A DNA stretch of 64,000 bases. Source: an uncultured Acidobacteriota bacterium. Lineage in GTDB: Bacteria > Acidobacteriota > Blastocatellia > RBC074. Shown one piece after another: positions 1 to 10,651 of this stretch. The stretch is from positions 32,001 to 96,000 of the forward strand of contig CAWCKY010000006.1 in NCBI GenBank assembly GCA_963796275.1, read 5' to 3'. The first letter of the stretch is position 1; the number at the start of each line of letters is the position of its first letter. The notes beneath the pieces are model-generated. The model did no database searches, was not told the DNA's origin, and saw only the letters and a program-made list of their open reading frames with translations. A program made the translations under genes and the position numbers.

Positions 1-760
1 ACAATAAGGAGCGTATAGTGTGAACCGGGGCGGATGGCGGCCGGTCGCCGCCCGGTTGAGTTCTACCGCGTAGCCCCGCCGCTTGCGGCAACGCACGCTG
101 GAACGTAGCGGCGGCGGGAGGATCCATAGTTTGAGCCGCCGCGACCGAATCGACAGGCGCCACCCTGACATTACGCCAAATACCGCCCGTGCCGTTCGAA
201 CGAAGAGCAATGGCGCCTGATCTAAAGCAATCCGGGTCGTTCAGGGGCGCAGTTTTGATCTCGCCCATACCTTCGGCTGAAGCGTACGCAGTGATCTGGC
301 AGCCATCGACTTTCAGTTTGACGTGGTACCAGCGAAATGGACGAACCTGATCGGGTAGGACGACTCTGGCCGCTTCGTGATATGCAAAGTCGAACGCGCC
401 CAAAACGAGGCTATTATCAACGGTTCGGACGCCGAGAAAATAGCCTTTAAAGGAATTCTCGCCCATTTCGGCCTCACTCACTCGGGCCAGGACTCCCACG
501 CTCCCCTCGCCCAGGAGTTGGACATCGGCCTCCACGATGTAGTCTTTCCAGTTCCGCGATCCAGTCAGCAGTTTGGCGCCGCGATCATTGGCGTCATTGC
601 GCATGACGCCTTCGACGACTTCCCATGTGCCGCCCAGCGCGGTCCAGCGATCCTCTTCGTCCGGCGTGAACCGGGCGTAGTAAGGAAGACCGTAGCCGGG
701 ACTGTTGATATACAGATGCCTTCCGCCGATGATTCCCACGGTCAGGATGGATAACGCCAT
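1..760 (-). CDS. Partial (runs off left edge) membrane-anchored protein with a concanavalin/DUF1080-like beta-sandwich domain; possibly the periplasmic sensor part of a histidine kinase
   Basis: Manual translation from ATG at 760 is open to base 1: MALSILTVGIIGG...WTALGGTWEVVEGVMRN...NWKDYIVEADVQL...WYHVKLKVDG...GAIALRS...WRNVRV. It lies directly downstream of a sugar-binding protein gene. No kinase domain is visible in the window. Confidence 0.5.
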   Translation of the reverse strand, partial: MALSILTVGIIGGRHLYINSPGYGLPYYARFTPDEEDRWTALGGTWEVVEGVMRNDANDRGAKLLTGSRNWKDYIVEADVQLLGEGSVGVLARVSEAEMGENSFKGYFLGVRTVDNSLVLGAFDFAYHEAARVVLPDQVRPFRWYHVKLKVDGCQITAYASAEGMGEIKTAPLNDPDCFRSGAIALRSNGTGGIWRNVRVAPVDSVAAAQTMDPPAAATFQRALPQAAGLRGRTQPGGDRPPSAPVHTIRSLL

Positions 761-806
761 CGTAGAAATAACCAGATTGCGCTGAGAGCTCCGCTTCATG
801 AGATCG

Positions 807-1784
807 TCACCTTGGAAAACTTGTAAAGAGACTCGCTTCGGCAGAATTGAAATTCTGCTTCGTGATCAGCAGTGGAGGCGTCACAGACTTCGCGGGAATC
901 GGCTTTCCGGCCCAGGACGCCGAGATGAGTTCAACGGCGTCGTGGCCCATGCGATACGTGTTTTCCGCTGCGATAGCCGCAATTTCTCCTGCGCCGACAT
1001 AACCTATCAGATCGGAATCCTGCTCACAGCCGACGAGAGGGATCGCCTTTTGCAGCGACCGGCTCTTAAGGGCCGCGTAGGCCCCCCGCGTGGAGACGGC
1101 GGTAAAACTCAAAATGGCCTTCAACTCAGGATGCGAATCCATTACGCCATCGGTAAGCTCTTCCACGCTCGCGGCGTTGTAGGCCCCGCCTCTACGACTC
1201 ACAATGCGGATTTCCGGGAAACGGCCGGCCAGTAAACGTTCGGCGCCGCGCGCCCTCTGCATAACGCCCGGCGCGTAGGGCGTAAGCCCGACCAGCGCAA
1301 TGGAGCCTTTGCCGTGAATGAGCCTCGCGATTTCGGCGGCGGCAATCTCCCCCATCTTTTCGTCGTCATTCACGATATAACCGAGCTTGTCGCTGGCGGG
1401 GAAGTCCAGGGGAGCCGAGACGACAACCACATGCAGTCCCGCCGCGAGTGCGCGCCGCAAAGGCGCCAGGATCGCGCGTGAGTGGTTGGGCGCCAGGATC
1501 AGCCCCTGGTAATTGCCGCCGGTGACCCTGTCGATCAGCATGACCTGGCCCGCCACATCGTTTTCCGATGTCGGGGCGTTCCAGTAGAGGTGACACTTCA
1601 GTCTTTCCGCCGCCGTCTTGGCGCCGAGATGCTCCACTTCCCAAAGCATGGCGCCCGTGGTCTGCGGTACAACCGCAATGGTCGGAACCGCCGGAAGGCG
1701 GCGCGACCGTATCCAATATGCGCCACCTCCCAGTATTGTGAGGAGGATGACGCCCGTCACCCAGGCCGAAACTCGCACAGTCAT
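807..1784 (-). CDS. Periplasmic sugar-binding protein (RbsB/Peripla_BP_4 type) with N-terminal membrane anchor
   Basis: 325 aa; TM helix, then TIAVVP..W..V..GA, GLILAP, DDEKMGEIAA, A.ENTYRMG, typical of class I periplasmic binding proteins. Confidence 0.85.
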   Translation of the reverse strand: MTVRVSAWVTGVILLTILGGGAYWIRSRRLPAVPTIAVVPQTTGAMLWEVEHLGAKTAAERLKCHLYWNAPTSENDVAGQVMLIDRVTGGNYQGLILAPNHSRAILAPLRRALAAGLHVVVVSAPLDFPASDKLGYIVNDDEKMGEIAAAEIARLIHGKGSIALVGLTPYAPGVMQRARGAERLLAGRFPEIRIVSRRGGAYNAASVEELTDGVMDSHPELKAILSFTAVSTRGAYAALKSRSLQKAIPLVGCEQDSDLIGYVGAGEIAAIAAENTYRMGHDAVELISASWAGKPIPAKSVTPPLLITKQNFNSAEASLFTSFPR

Positions 1785-2094
1785 AACAACTTCAGCGGAT
1801 AAGGCCCTCTTTGTTGCGGGTAAACTCGAACAATATCCCGGATTCAGCCGGCGCCCGCATGGTTCAAATGAACTATGCGCTTATGGTTGCTCTGACGCAT
1901 TGCCCGCAATGTCGAGGTTTGATAAATGTACTGCAATAAAAATTGTAGTTTTACAAAATTCTAACAGCCTTTAGAGACTCAATCAATATTGGCAATGGCA
2001 ATTCCTTGGACCTTGTTCAGTCCTTGTGAGCGATCGGATCGCGCGTAAACATCGAACGACCGGACGGAACGAGAGCCATACCTAGCGCTCAGAG

Positions 2095-5000
2095 ATGATT
2101 ATGAAATTAAGCAACCTTATCCCTCTTATGTTTCTGTTGTTGACGCCTGGCGCGTGGCTGTACGCGCAGGACCGAGGAACCATCACTGGTCAGGTGGTTG
2201 ACGCCTCCGGGGCCATCATGCCGGATGCCAAGGTCACGCTGATCAATCCCTCCACCGGTCAGATAATCATGGCGGAGACAAATACGGAAGGCGCCTACAC
2301 CTTCCTCTCGCTGACCGCTGGCCGCTACGAAGTCGTCGCTGAAAAAGCAGGGTTCCGCAAGGCGCAAGCTCCCAACGTCCTCGTGCAGGTGAGCACTACC
2401 ACGCGCCTCGACATTCGGCTGGAATTGGGCGAGGTGGCGGAAACGGTTCAGATAGAATCTTCCACTCCGCTGCTGCAAACTGACCGCAGCGACCTGGGGA
2501 CAGTAGTGGATAACAAAGCCATTCAACAGTTGCCCCTGTTTATCAATGGCGGCTTGCGCAGCAACCTGGCGTTCACCAGCCTCGCCCCAGGCGTCACGAT
2601 GAATTTGCAAAACGACCCTGACAGCGTCGGCGGCGCGCCCCGCATCGCGGGCGGCCAGGCCAATGGCGCCAGCCTCCTCCTTGACGGCGGCGAATCAATG
2701 AGCGAGCGACGCAACGACCCGCAAATGCGCGTGGTCAGCGCCGAAGCCGTGGAGGAGTTCAAGGTGCAAACTTCCGCCTACTCCGCCGAATTCGGCCGTT
2801 CTTCCAATGGCGTGCTCAACTACACTACCAAGTCCGGAACCAACGGGCTGCACGGCTCCGCGATGGTCCAACTGCGCCACGAGAATCTGAACGCCGAGGG
2901 CTTCTTCTGGGGAGCGCGCGGCCAGTCCGTTCAACGCCAGCACGTGGAAGCCGTGAGTCTCGGCGGTCCGGTCTATATCCCGAAAGTGTATGACGGCCGC
3001 AACAAGACCTTCTTCTTCTTCGCGGGCGAGCGTTCACGCGCCAAAAACTCCAGCAGCACGGACCTGATCTCGCTGCCGATCGCGGAGTTCCGCAACGGCG
3101 ACTTCAGCCGCTACACCAACGCCGCCGGACAGATGGTTCCGTTGTACGACCCGCTCGATGCCAACGGTAACGTGATCGCCACCGCCGCCGACCGCAAGCC
3201 CATGCAATGCAACGGTGTTCCGAACGTCATTTGTCCGGAACGCATTGACGGGGTGGCGAAAGCGATCTTGGCCGAACTGCCTATGCCAGATAATCCTTCG
3301 ACCGTTTTCAACAACACGCGCGCGATCAACAACGGCTCGCGGACGCCTGGAGCGTGGCAGGGCGTTTACTCGATCAAGGGCGACCACGCCGTGAACGACA
3401 AACTGCGCGTGAGCGGGATGTTCAGTAAACAGTATTTTGACAGCTACCCTCTTCAGGGACCAATTCCCGGTCCGCTGGCAGAAGCCTTCCAGGAGTTCGG
3501 GCATATCCGTTACTGGCGCTTCAACGGCGATTACGTCATCAAGCCGAATCTATTGAACCACGCCACCTTCGCGGTCAACCAGCGCAAACTCGGCGAAGGA
3601 CCGAACCTGGGATTGTCTGACTCCTACCGGGCGACCACCTTGTTGCCGGGCTTGGACGGGTCCGGTGCAGAGAAGGCCCCGAATTACACCAAGTACAACA
3701 CGGAGTTCGGCAATTACGGCGGCCACGTCTTTACGGAGTCTCCCAGTCGCACCATCAATTTCAGCGATCACCTGTCGTGGGTCAAAGGGCGTCATAATCT
3801 CAAGTTCGGCTTTACCTATATGGATGTGAGTTATCGGCGCCTCGACTGCAACAACTGCGCCGGCTCCCTGAACTACAGCGCCGCGGCGACCGGAAACCCC
3901 AGTGTGGACGGGCAGACCGGCATCTCGTACGCGGCCTTTTTGTTGGGATTGCCGAGCGGCGGCTCTTTCAATTTCGGCGCCGACATCGACTTCCGATACA
4001 AGTACTACGCCGGGTACATTCAGGACGACTTCAAGCTCTCGAGCAAGCTCACCGTCAACGTGGGTCTACGCTACGACATTAGCATTCCGCGCCGGGAAGC
4101 GCGCTTGCAGAACAGCAACTTCAATCCGAACATCCCGAATCCGGCCGCTGGCGGCCTGCTTGGCGCCCTCGAATTCGCGAGCGAGGACAACCCGGTGCTC
4201 CTCGACGTTCGCAAAAACGCTTTCGCTCCACGACTGGGTTTTGCTTATCAACTCAACAGCAAGACGGTCATTCGCGGCGGCGGCGCGATCATGTGGGATA
4301 TCATCCGTGAGGATGGCAACGCCGACAACGGAATCCAGGGTTTCGGTGGCGGCTTCGGCTCGACCTCGAACGCGCTGTCAAACGGCATCGCCTTCACGCA
4401 GAAAAACGGCTTGAATGATTTCCGCACGTTGGTCGAAAGCCAGCGTCCGCCCCGCATAGATCCGGGCCTGGGCGTCAACGGCAGCGTGACTTACAAACTG
4501 CCTGAATCCGGCAAGCCTGGGTATTACACCGACTACAACCTGACGGTTGAGCACAGCTTCACGCCTTCGACCGTGCTGAGAGCCAGTTTCCACGCCAACT
4601 ACGGCATCAATATTTTTCAGAGCGGCATTGATTACAACCAGCTCGACCCTAAGTATTTCGCGATCTATGGTTCGTTGCTCACGAGCCCGATCAACCGGGT
4701 CATCAACGACCCGATCGTCGTCGCGTCAGGGTTCAAGTTGCCATATCCGAACTTCCCGCAGACGCTGCAACTACAGCAGGCGCTGCGCCCGTTTCCGCAA
4801 TACAGCGGCTTCGGCGCTGTGGCTTCGCAGGCTGGTCACAGCACATACAATGCTCTGGAAGTCAGTTTCCAGAAGCGTTATTCCAGGGGACTCTGGCTGA
4901 TGACTTCTTATACGTTCTCCAAAACCCTGGTCAGCCAGAACGGCCAGAACATTTACGACGCAATTACCGAGAAGGTCGTCAGCAACGCCAATCGTCCTCA

Positions 5001-5559
5001 TGTCTACACGCTGGGCTACGTGTATGAATTGCCGATCGGCAGGGGCAGGGCCATCGGCGCCAATTTGCATCCGGCTCTCAACGCCTTTATAGGCGGATGG
5101 AGTGTTTCTGCCGTTCATCGTTATCAGAGCGGGACGCCCATCGGCGTCGGCGGCTGCAGCCAGACCATGGCGGGCGCGGGCGCGGCGCGTTGCAGCTATA
5201 TTCCGGGGCAGCCGCTGCTGAATCCGGACTTCAACCCTAAGGATCCGAACAGCCCTTACCTCAACAAGGCCGCTTTCGTACAGCCGGCCAACTTCACTTA
5301 TGGCAACGTGCCGGCGGTGATTCCGAATCTTTATCAGCCGGGGCAATTGGGCGAGGACGTCGCCGCCAGTAAGAGCTTTAAATTCGGTAAAAACGAGACA
5401 AACAGCGTCGAGTTGCGCGCCTCGGCCTTCAACGTCGCCAATCGTCATTTATTGGGAGGCCTGAATACGAATATTAACAACGCGACCTTCGGTATGTTTT
5501 CGAATCCGCAGTCGAACTTGCCGCGCAATCTGCAATTCAGCTTGCGTGTGAGCTTCTAG
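2095..5559 (+). CDS. TonB-dependent receptor, Acidobacterial type with carboxypeptidase-regulatory-like N-domain
   Basis: 1154 aa; signal peptide, GTITGQVVDASGA, EFKVQTSAYSAEFG, TKSGTN, YIQDDFK..KLTVNVGLRYD, C-terminal PRNLQFSLRVSF. Confidence 0.93.
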   Translation: MIMKLSNLIPLMFLLLTPGAWLYAQDRGTITGQVVDASGAIMPDAKVTLINPSTGQIIMAETNTEGAYTFLSLTAGRYEVVAEKAGFRKAQAPNVLVQVSTTTRLDIRLELGEVAETVQIESSTPLLQTDRSDLGTVVDNKAIQQLPLFINGGLRSNLAFTSLAPGVTMNLQNDPDSVGGAPRIAGGQANGASLLLDGGESMSERRNDPQMRVVSAEAVEEFKVQTSAYSAEFGRSSNGVLNYTTKSGTNGLHGSAMVQLRHENLNAEGFFWGARGQSVQRQHVEAVSLGGPVYIPKVYDGRNKTFFFFAGERSRAKNSSSTDLISLPIAEFRNGDFSRYTNAAGQMVPLYDPLDANGNVIATAADRKPMQCNGVPNVICPERIDGVAKAILAELPMPDNPSTVFNNTRAINNGSRTPGAWQGVYSIKGDHAVNDKLRVSGMFSKQYFDSYPLQGPIPGPLAEAFQEFGHIRYWRFNGDYVIKPNLLNHATFAVNQRKLGEGPNLGLSDSYRATTLLPGLDGSGAEKAPNYTKYNTEFGNYGGHVFTESPSRTINFSDHLSWVKGRHNLKFGFTYMDVSYRRLDCNNCAGSLNYSAAATGNPSVDGQTGISYAAFLLGLPSGGSFNFGADIDFRYKYYAGYIQDDFKLSSKLTVNVGLRYDISIPRREARLQNSNFNPNIPNPAAGGLLGALEFASEDNPVLLDVRKNAFAPRLGFAYQLNSKTVIRGGGAIMWDIIREDGNADNGIQGFGGGFGSTSNALSNGIAFTQKNGLNDFRTLVESQRPPRIDPGLGVNGSVTYKLPESGKPGYYTDYNLTVEHSFTPSTVLRASFHANYGINIFQSGIDYNQLDPKYFAIYGSLLTSPINRVINDPIVVASGFKLPYPNFPQTLQLQQALRPFPQYSGFGAVASQAGHSTYNALEVSFQKRYSRGLWLMTSYTFSKTLVSQNGQNIYDAITEKVVSNANRPHVYTLGYVYELPIGRGRAIGANLHPALNAFIGGWSVSAVHRYQSGTPIGVGGCSQTMAGAGAARCSYIPGQPLLNPDFNPKDPNSPYLNKAAFVQPANFTYGNVPAVIPNLYQPGQLGEDVAASKSFKFGKNETNSVELRASAFNVANRHLLGGLNTNINNATFGMFSNPQSNLPRNLQFSLRVSF

Positions 5560-5587
5560 CCCTTAGGGGGCGCGGCTGGAGAGAAGG

Positions 5588-5657
5588 ACCACGGATTCTA
5601 CGATGCGACGGATCGATGCGGATTATCCGTAACCGTCGCATCCGTAAAATCCGTGGT
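5588..5657. repeat. Intergenic palindrome (REP-like hairpin)
   Basis: accacggattctacgatgcgacgg ... ccgtcgcatccgtaaaatccgtggt, imperfect inverted repeat directly after the TonB stop. Confidence 0.7.
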
Positions 5658-5682
5658 TCCTGATTTTTCAACCACATTTACC

Positions 5683-6930
5683 ATGATGATACGAATTCTG
5701 GCTTCACTCTTATTAGCCGTATCGGCTTGGACCGCCGCATCTGTCGCGCCCGCGGAAGAGTACTTCCCAAAGCCCGACAGCGAAGGCGGCTGGCGCGCGC
5801 TGAAAGACGCCACCGCGATCAGGAAAACCGCGGGGATGGATATAAAAAAGCTCGACCAGGCCTTCGAATACGCCTTCCGCAGCAGCCAACACGGCGGCTT
5901 GCTGGTGGCGCGGCGCGGATGGTTGGTTTATGAGCGTTATTACGGCCGTGGTAACCGCGAAGCCAACCCGGCGAGCGCTTCCGTTGGCAAGGCGTATACC
6001 AGCATCGCCTGCGGCATTATGCTGGCCGAGAAGAAAGACCAGATTCCTGAAGGCCTCGATACCAAGGTCTTCAACGCCAGGTACCTGCCGGAAGCCATGC
6101 CTCTGGATGACCCGGCGAAGGCTGACATCACCCTGGGCCAGTTGCTGTCGATGTCCGCAGGACTGCATGGCGAGGGCAGCAATCCAGGTTTTGTGAATGG
6201 AGTCCCGTCCGTCAAACTTACTCCACTGCCGCGTCCCGCGATGCCGTTGGGGCAGGACCTGACGGCCCTGCGCACTCCTCTCTGGACAAAACCCGGCGGC
6301 GGTTACTCTTACGCTTCCGCTTCACCCCATGTGGCTTCTATCGTCCTGCGCAACCTGACGGGCATGGAACTGCATGAGTACATCGATCAGCGTTTAGCGA
6401 AACCGCTCGGCTGGGGACAATGGGCGTGGGCCCGGCGGCGCGGCGAGAATGTGCTGCCTCATACGCCAGGCGGCGCAGACATCGCTTTGCGTTCGACCGA
6501 TCATTTGCGTTTCCTCTATGCCATCCTGAAGAAAGGCCGCTGGGGGAAAAAGCAGGTGATTCCGGCCGACTATATTGAATTGTGCGGCAAACCGACCAAG
6601 TGGAATACCCATGCGCCCATGAGCCTTATGTGGGAAAATAACGCCGACGGCCATGTCGCCGGCGCGCCTCGGGACGCTTTCTTTAAATCCGGCGGCGGCG
6701 GTCACGGCGTCATCGTGATTCCCTCGCTCGACATGGTGATTTATAAGATGGCGGGTGATGACGGGCAATACGATCCAGCGCGCACCGGCCTCAGGCAGGA
6801 CTACCCTTACGATGGCTCGCGCGATGGGTGGAAACCCCCGCCGCGCAGCCAGTTCAACGACGGCCCCATCGGCACGGATGACGGCGTCCGCCGAATCCTC
6901 GAAATGGTCGTCGCGGCGGTAATTGACTGA
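5683..6930 (+). CDS. Secreted serine hydrolase, beta-lactamase class C/AmpC-like family
   Basis: Signal peptide; SxxK motif (ASVGK), LLSMSAG, YSYAS, IVIPSLDMVI; start moved to ATG 5683, after the palindrome. Confidence 0.85.
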   Translation: MMIRILASLLLAVSAWTAASVAPAEEYFPKPDSEGGWRALKDATAIRKTAGMDIKKLDQAFEYAFRSSQHGGLLVARRGWLVYERYYGRGNREANPASASVGKAYTSIACGIMLAEKKDQIPEGLDTKVFNARYLPEAMPLDDPAKADITLGQLLSMSAGLHGEGSNPGFVNGVPSVKLTPLPRPAMPLGQDLTALRTPLWTKPGGGYSYASASPHVASIVLRNLTGMELHEYIDQRLAKPLGWGQWAWARRRGENVLPHTPGGADIALRSTDHLRFLYAILKKGRWGKKQVIPADYIELCGKPTKWNTHAPMSLMWENNADGHVAGAPRDAFFKSGGGGHGVIVIPSLDMVIYKMAGDDGQYDPARTGLRQDYPYDGSRDGWKPPPRSQFNDGPIGTDDGVRRILEMVVAAVID

Positions 6931-6984
6931 TGGTCCGTAATCTTTGGCCCTCGTCGGCGTTATCTATATTTGGAGTAAATCCGA

Positions 6985-9263
6985 ATGCGCTTTAATCCCA
7001 AAATCCTCGTAGTTACACTGGCGGCCGCCGGCTTTATTGCCTATGCCGTCGACCAGCCGAAGAAGAAGGTCATGACCCCGCTTGGGAAGTCAGCGGTAAA
7101 AACACTCGCCAGGGCTTCCGCGCAGTCCCCTGGCAAAAAGCCCAAGCTGCCCGTGACGCCGTCGATAGAGGATTTCCCCGAACTTTGGTCCTTGCAGCCT
7201 CTGGCGCGTCCATCAGTTCCGGCAGTTCCGGCGGCCCCGGCCGGCAGCGTGAACCCGATCGACGCCTTCGTCCAGGCGCTGTACGTGGAAAAAAAGGTGA
7301 ACGCCGGTCGGCCCCGCTGACCAGCGCGCGCTGTTGCGACGCGTCTACTTGGATCTCATCGGCATTCCGCCCACGCCGGCCGAACAGGACGCTTATCTCA
7401 ACGACAAATCGCCCGACGCCTATGAAAAGCTGATCGACCGCCTTTTGGCCAGCGATCAATACGGCGTCCGCTATGCCCGCCATTGGCTCGATGTGCTGCG
7501 CTACGCCGACGCCGAAGAGCGCATGTACGCCGCGCCCGGGATTCATTATTGGCGTGATTGGGTGATCAACGCCGTCAACGCCGACGTCCCTTATGACCAG
7601 TTCGTCCGCGCTCAACTGACCGGCTATCGCACTACCGAACGCACCACGATGCAAGCCGTTGGCCGCCGCACTCGGCTGGAGCCCCGCCCCGACGACCTCT
7701 TTGCCCTCGGCTTCCTCGCGCGCGGCGCGGTCAACCGGGACAGCAAGGACCTGGGTGAACTCCAAATCGCTGCGGTCGAAACCGTATCCACGGCCTTTAT
7801 GGGGATGACTGTCGGCTGCGCCAAGTGCCACGACCACATGTTCGACCCGATCCGGCAGAAGGATTTCTACGCCATGAAGGCGCTTTTCGATCCGCTTGTG
7901 ATCAAGAAGCAGGTCCTGGCCACGCCGGCTGAAATGGTCGTTTACGGCAAGCAGATTGAGGAATACGACAAGCTTCGGCTTCCAATCGAAAAAACGATCG
8001 CGGATCTGATCGAGCCTTACCGCGCCAAACTCTACGCCGACCGCGTCGCCATGCTGCCCCCGGAGATCCAGGTCGTCATCAACAAAGCGGAGAAGAAACG
8101 CGCTCCGGCCGAACAAAAGATCGCCGACGACTATTTTCCCGTCCTCCGCATCGACCCGGACAAGATTGAAGAGGTCATGTCGGAGGCGGACAAGAAAGCC
8201 TATAAGGATCTACGCGGCCAATTGAACAAGCTGGGGGAGAAGAGGGGCCAAGATTTGCCGGCGTTCTGGACAGTGGAGGTGGATCGCGGGCTGGAACTCG
8301 AGAAGACGTACATTCTTACCAGCGGCGATCCGGAGCGGCCGGAAAAGGATCATCCCGTCGAGCCCGGCTGGCCTTTTTATGACGGCGAGAAAGATTTCCG
8401 CGAAGGCCGCGTCGACGCGTTCTCCGATTGGCTTACGGCGAAAGAGAATCCGCTTTTTGCCCGCGTGGCTGTCAATCGGCTGTGGCAGTGGCATTTCGGC
8501 GAGGGCTTGCAAAAATCGTCGAGCGATTTCGGCTTTTTGGGCGGCGTTCCGGTTAGTCAGCCGCTTCTCGATTGGCTCGCCTGCGAATTCATCGAGCGCG
8601 GCTACAGCCAAAAAGCGATGCATAAGCTGGTCATGACATCGAACGTCTATCGGCTGGCCAGCTCCGGCGACAACGAATTGATGAAGAAGAATATGGCGGC
8701 CGATCCTTTGGACCGCTTCCTCTGGCGCTTTCGTCTGCAGCGGCTGGAAGCCGAGCCGATCTGGGATTCGATCCTTTCGGCCGCGGGCAATCTCGATACG
8801 ACTCTGGGCGGGCCATCCTTCGATACCGAGCCTCGCAACCCGCGCGGTCGCGGCGTCGCGGTCAGGGCGGAAGCCAAGACGAACCGGCGCGGCGCATACA
8901 TCATTCGTGGTTTTTCCACCAGCCGTGATATTACGCCCAACTTCCTGCAATCTTTCGACGTCGACGACGGACGCGCTCCGTGTCCGGTGCGCACACAGAA
9001 CGGTCACTGCCCCGCAGGGCCTGTTCATGATGAACAGCACGGAGATCGAGAAGGCAACCACGATGTTCGCCGATCGCCTCAAGAAGGAAAGCGAAGGCGA
9101 CCTGGACAAAGCTGTGGATCTCGCCTATCGGATCGCGCTAAGCCGGCCACCTTCCGCCGGTGAAAAGGAAACCGCGCGGGCTTATCTGGGGGGCAATCCG
9201 GACCGGCTGAAGAACCTGGCCTGGTTGATTTTCAATTTAGACGAATTCATTTACGTCCAATAA
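6985..9263 (+). CDS. DUF1549/DUF1553 (PSD1) domain protein with a CxxCH motif; two apparent +1 frameshifts (~7297, ~9000)
   Basis: NPIDAFV, LLRRVYLDLIGIPP, YGVRYARHWLD, GCAKCHDH, NPLFARVAVNRLWQWHFG, QRLEAEPIWDSIL, ending LIFNLDEFIY, spread over three ORFs in successive frames. Confidence 0.85.
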
Positions 9264-9265
9264 AT

Positions 9266-10651
9266 ATGGATCATCATAATCTTTATCCCTGCGGCAAAGT
9301 TTCGCGCCGCCATATGCTGCATCAGTCGATGGGCGCTCTTATGGGCGCCTCCATAGGCGCTCTTTGGGCCGAGGATGGAAAACTCGACGCGCGTTTGCCC
9401 GGCGATAAAAAGGCAGACGCTGTCATTTTTCTATTTATGTGCGGCGGGGTCAGCCACATCGACACCTTCGACCCCAAGGGCAATAAATACGCCGGCAAAT
9501 TGATCGACGCCATCGGTTTCGGCGACAACGTGGCGGAGATGAAGCGCCCAGTCATCCGTTGCTTGCGCACATTCAAGAATTATGGCCAATCCGGCACGCC
9601 TGTCTCCGATTGGTTCCCACACGTCGGCGGCGTCATTGACGAGATCGCGGTCGTTCGGTCCATGTGGTGCCACGAAGGCAATCACTTCCCAGCCGTCATC
9701 GAAACGCAGACCGGTCATCGCGGACGCGCCTTCGACAATCCGTCCTTCGGCAGTTGGATTTCATACGCGCTCGGCTCCGGCAATAAGAATCTGCCGACCT
9801 ACATAAATATCGGCCGTCCCTCTTCGCCTGTTCAATTGACGGGCGGTTATCTGGGCGCGGCCTACGCGGCTACTCCGTTTCAAGCAGGCCCAGTGCCCAT
9901 TCCGAACCTGAACCCGCCGGCCAGCAGCAACGCCGCCGAACGCGACCGGCAGATGGAAACGCTTGCCCAACTGAACCGCGAATTCCGCGAGCGGCACGCG
10001 CTCAACACAGACATCGCCGCACGGATTGACTCTTATGAGTTGGCGGCCCGCATGCAACTCAGCGCGCCCGGCGTCGTAGACCTTTCGCAGGAGCCGAAGC
10101 ATGTCCTGGATCTCTACGGCATCGGCGAGAAGCCAACCGACGATTTCGGCCGTCAATTGTTAATGGCCCGGCGACTGGTCGAGAACGGCGTTCGCTTCGT
10201 TCAGCTCTGCCACGCAGGCGGCGGCAATGGAAGCTGGGATGCCCACGGCGATATGAAGACTCATGAGCCTTTATGCAGAGCCGTCGACAAGCCGATCGCC
10301 GGTTTGATTCAGGATCTGAAGCAGCGCGGTATGCTGAAGCGCACATTGGTAGTCTTTACGAGCGAGTTCGGCCGCAGCCCGTGGTCACAAAATACGACCG
10401 GCCGCGACCACAATCCGAAAGGCTACAGTTCCTGGTTTGCCGGCGGCGGAATCAAGGGCGGCACGGTCCACGGAGCGACGGACGAGTATGGCTACAAAGC
10501 TGTGGAAGACCCGCACTATTACAGCGACCTTCATGCGACGATCTTGAAGCTGATGGGCCTGGATCATAAGAAGATGAAGGTCCGAGCTCTAGGACGCACT
10601 TTCCATTTAGTGGAAGAAGGCCACGGACCGATTGAACAGATTATCGCCTAG
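9266..10651 (+). CDS. DUF1501 domain protein with Tat-like signal
   Basis: SRRHML, VIFLFMCGGVSHIDTFDPK, ARRLVENGVRFV, WDAH, SEFGRSP, GRDH, DLHATIL; the usual partner of DUF1553 genes. Confidence 0.92.
   Translation: MDHHNLYPCGKVSRRHMLHQSMGALMGASIGALWAEDGKLDARLPGDKKADAVIFLFMCGGVSHIDTFDPKGNKYAGKLIDAIGFGDNVAEMKRPVIRCLRTFKNYGQSGTPVSDWFPHVGGVIDEIAVVRSMWCHEGNHFPAVIETQTGHRGRAFDNPSFGSWISYALGSGNKNLPTYINIGRPSSPVQLTGGYLGAAYAATPFQAGPVPIPNLNPPASSNAAERDRQMETLAQLNREFRERHALNTDIAARIDSYELAARMQLSAPGVVDLSQEPKHVLDLYGIGEKPTDDFGRQLLMARRLVENGVRFVQLCHAGGGNGSWDAHGDMKTHEPLCRAVDKPIAGLIQDLKQRGMLKRTLVVFTSEFGRSPWSQNTTGRDHNPKGYSSWFAGGGIKGGTVHGATDEYGYKAVEDPHYYSDLHATILKLMGLDHKKMKVRALGRTFHLVEEGHGPIEQIIA

Noticed and set aside
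7070-9109. Long antisense ORFs (e.g. 7070-8116, 8210-9109; likewise 37420-38229, 46827-47639)
   Set aside because: Shadow frames of GC-rich genes with clear motifs on the other strand.
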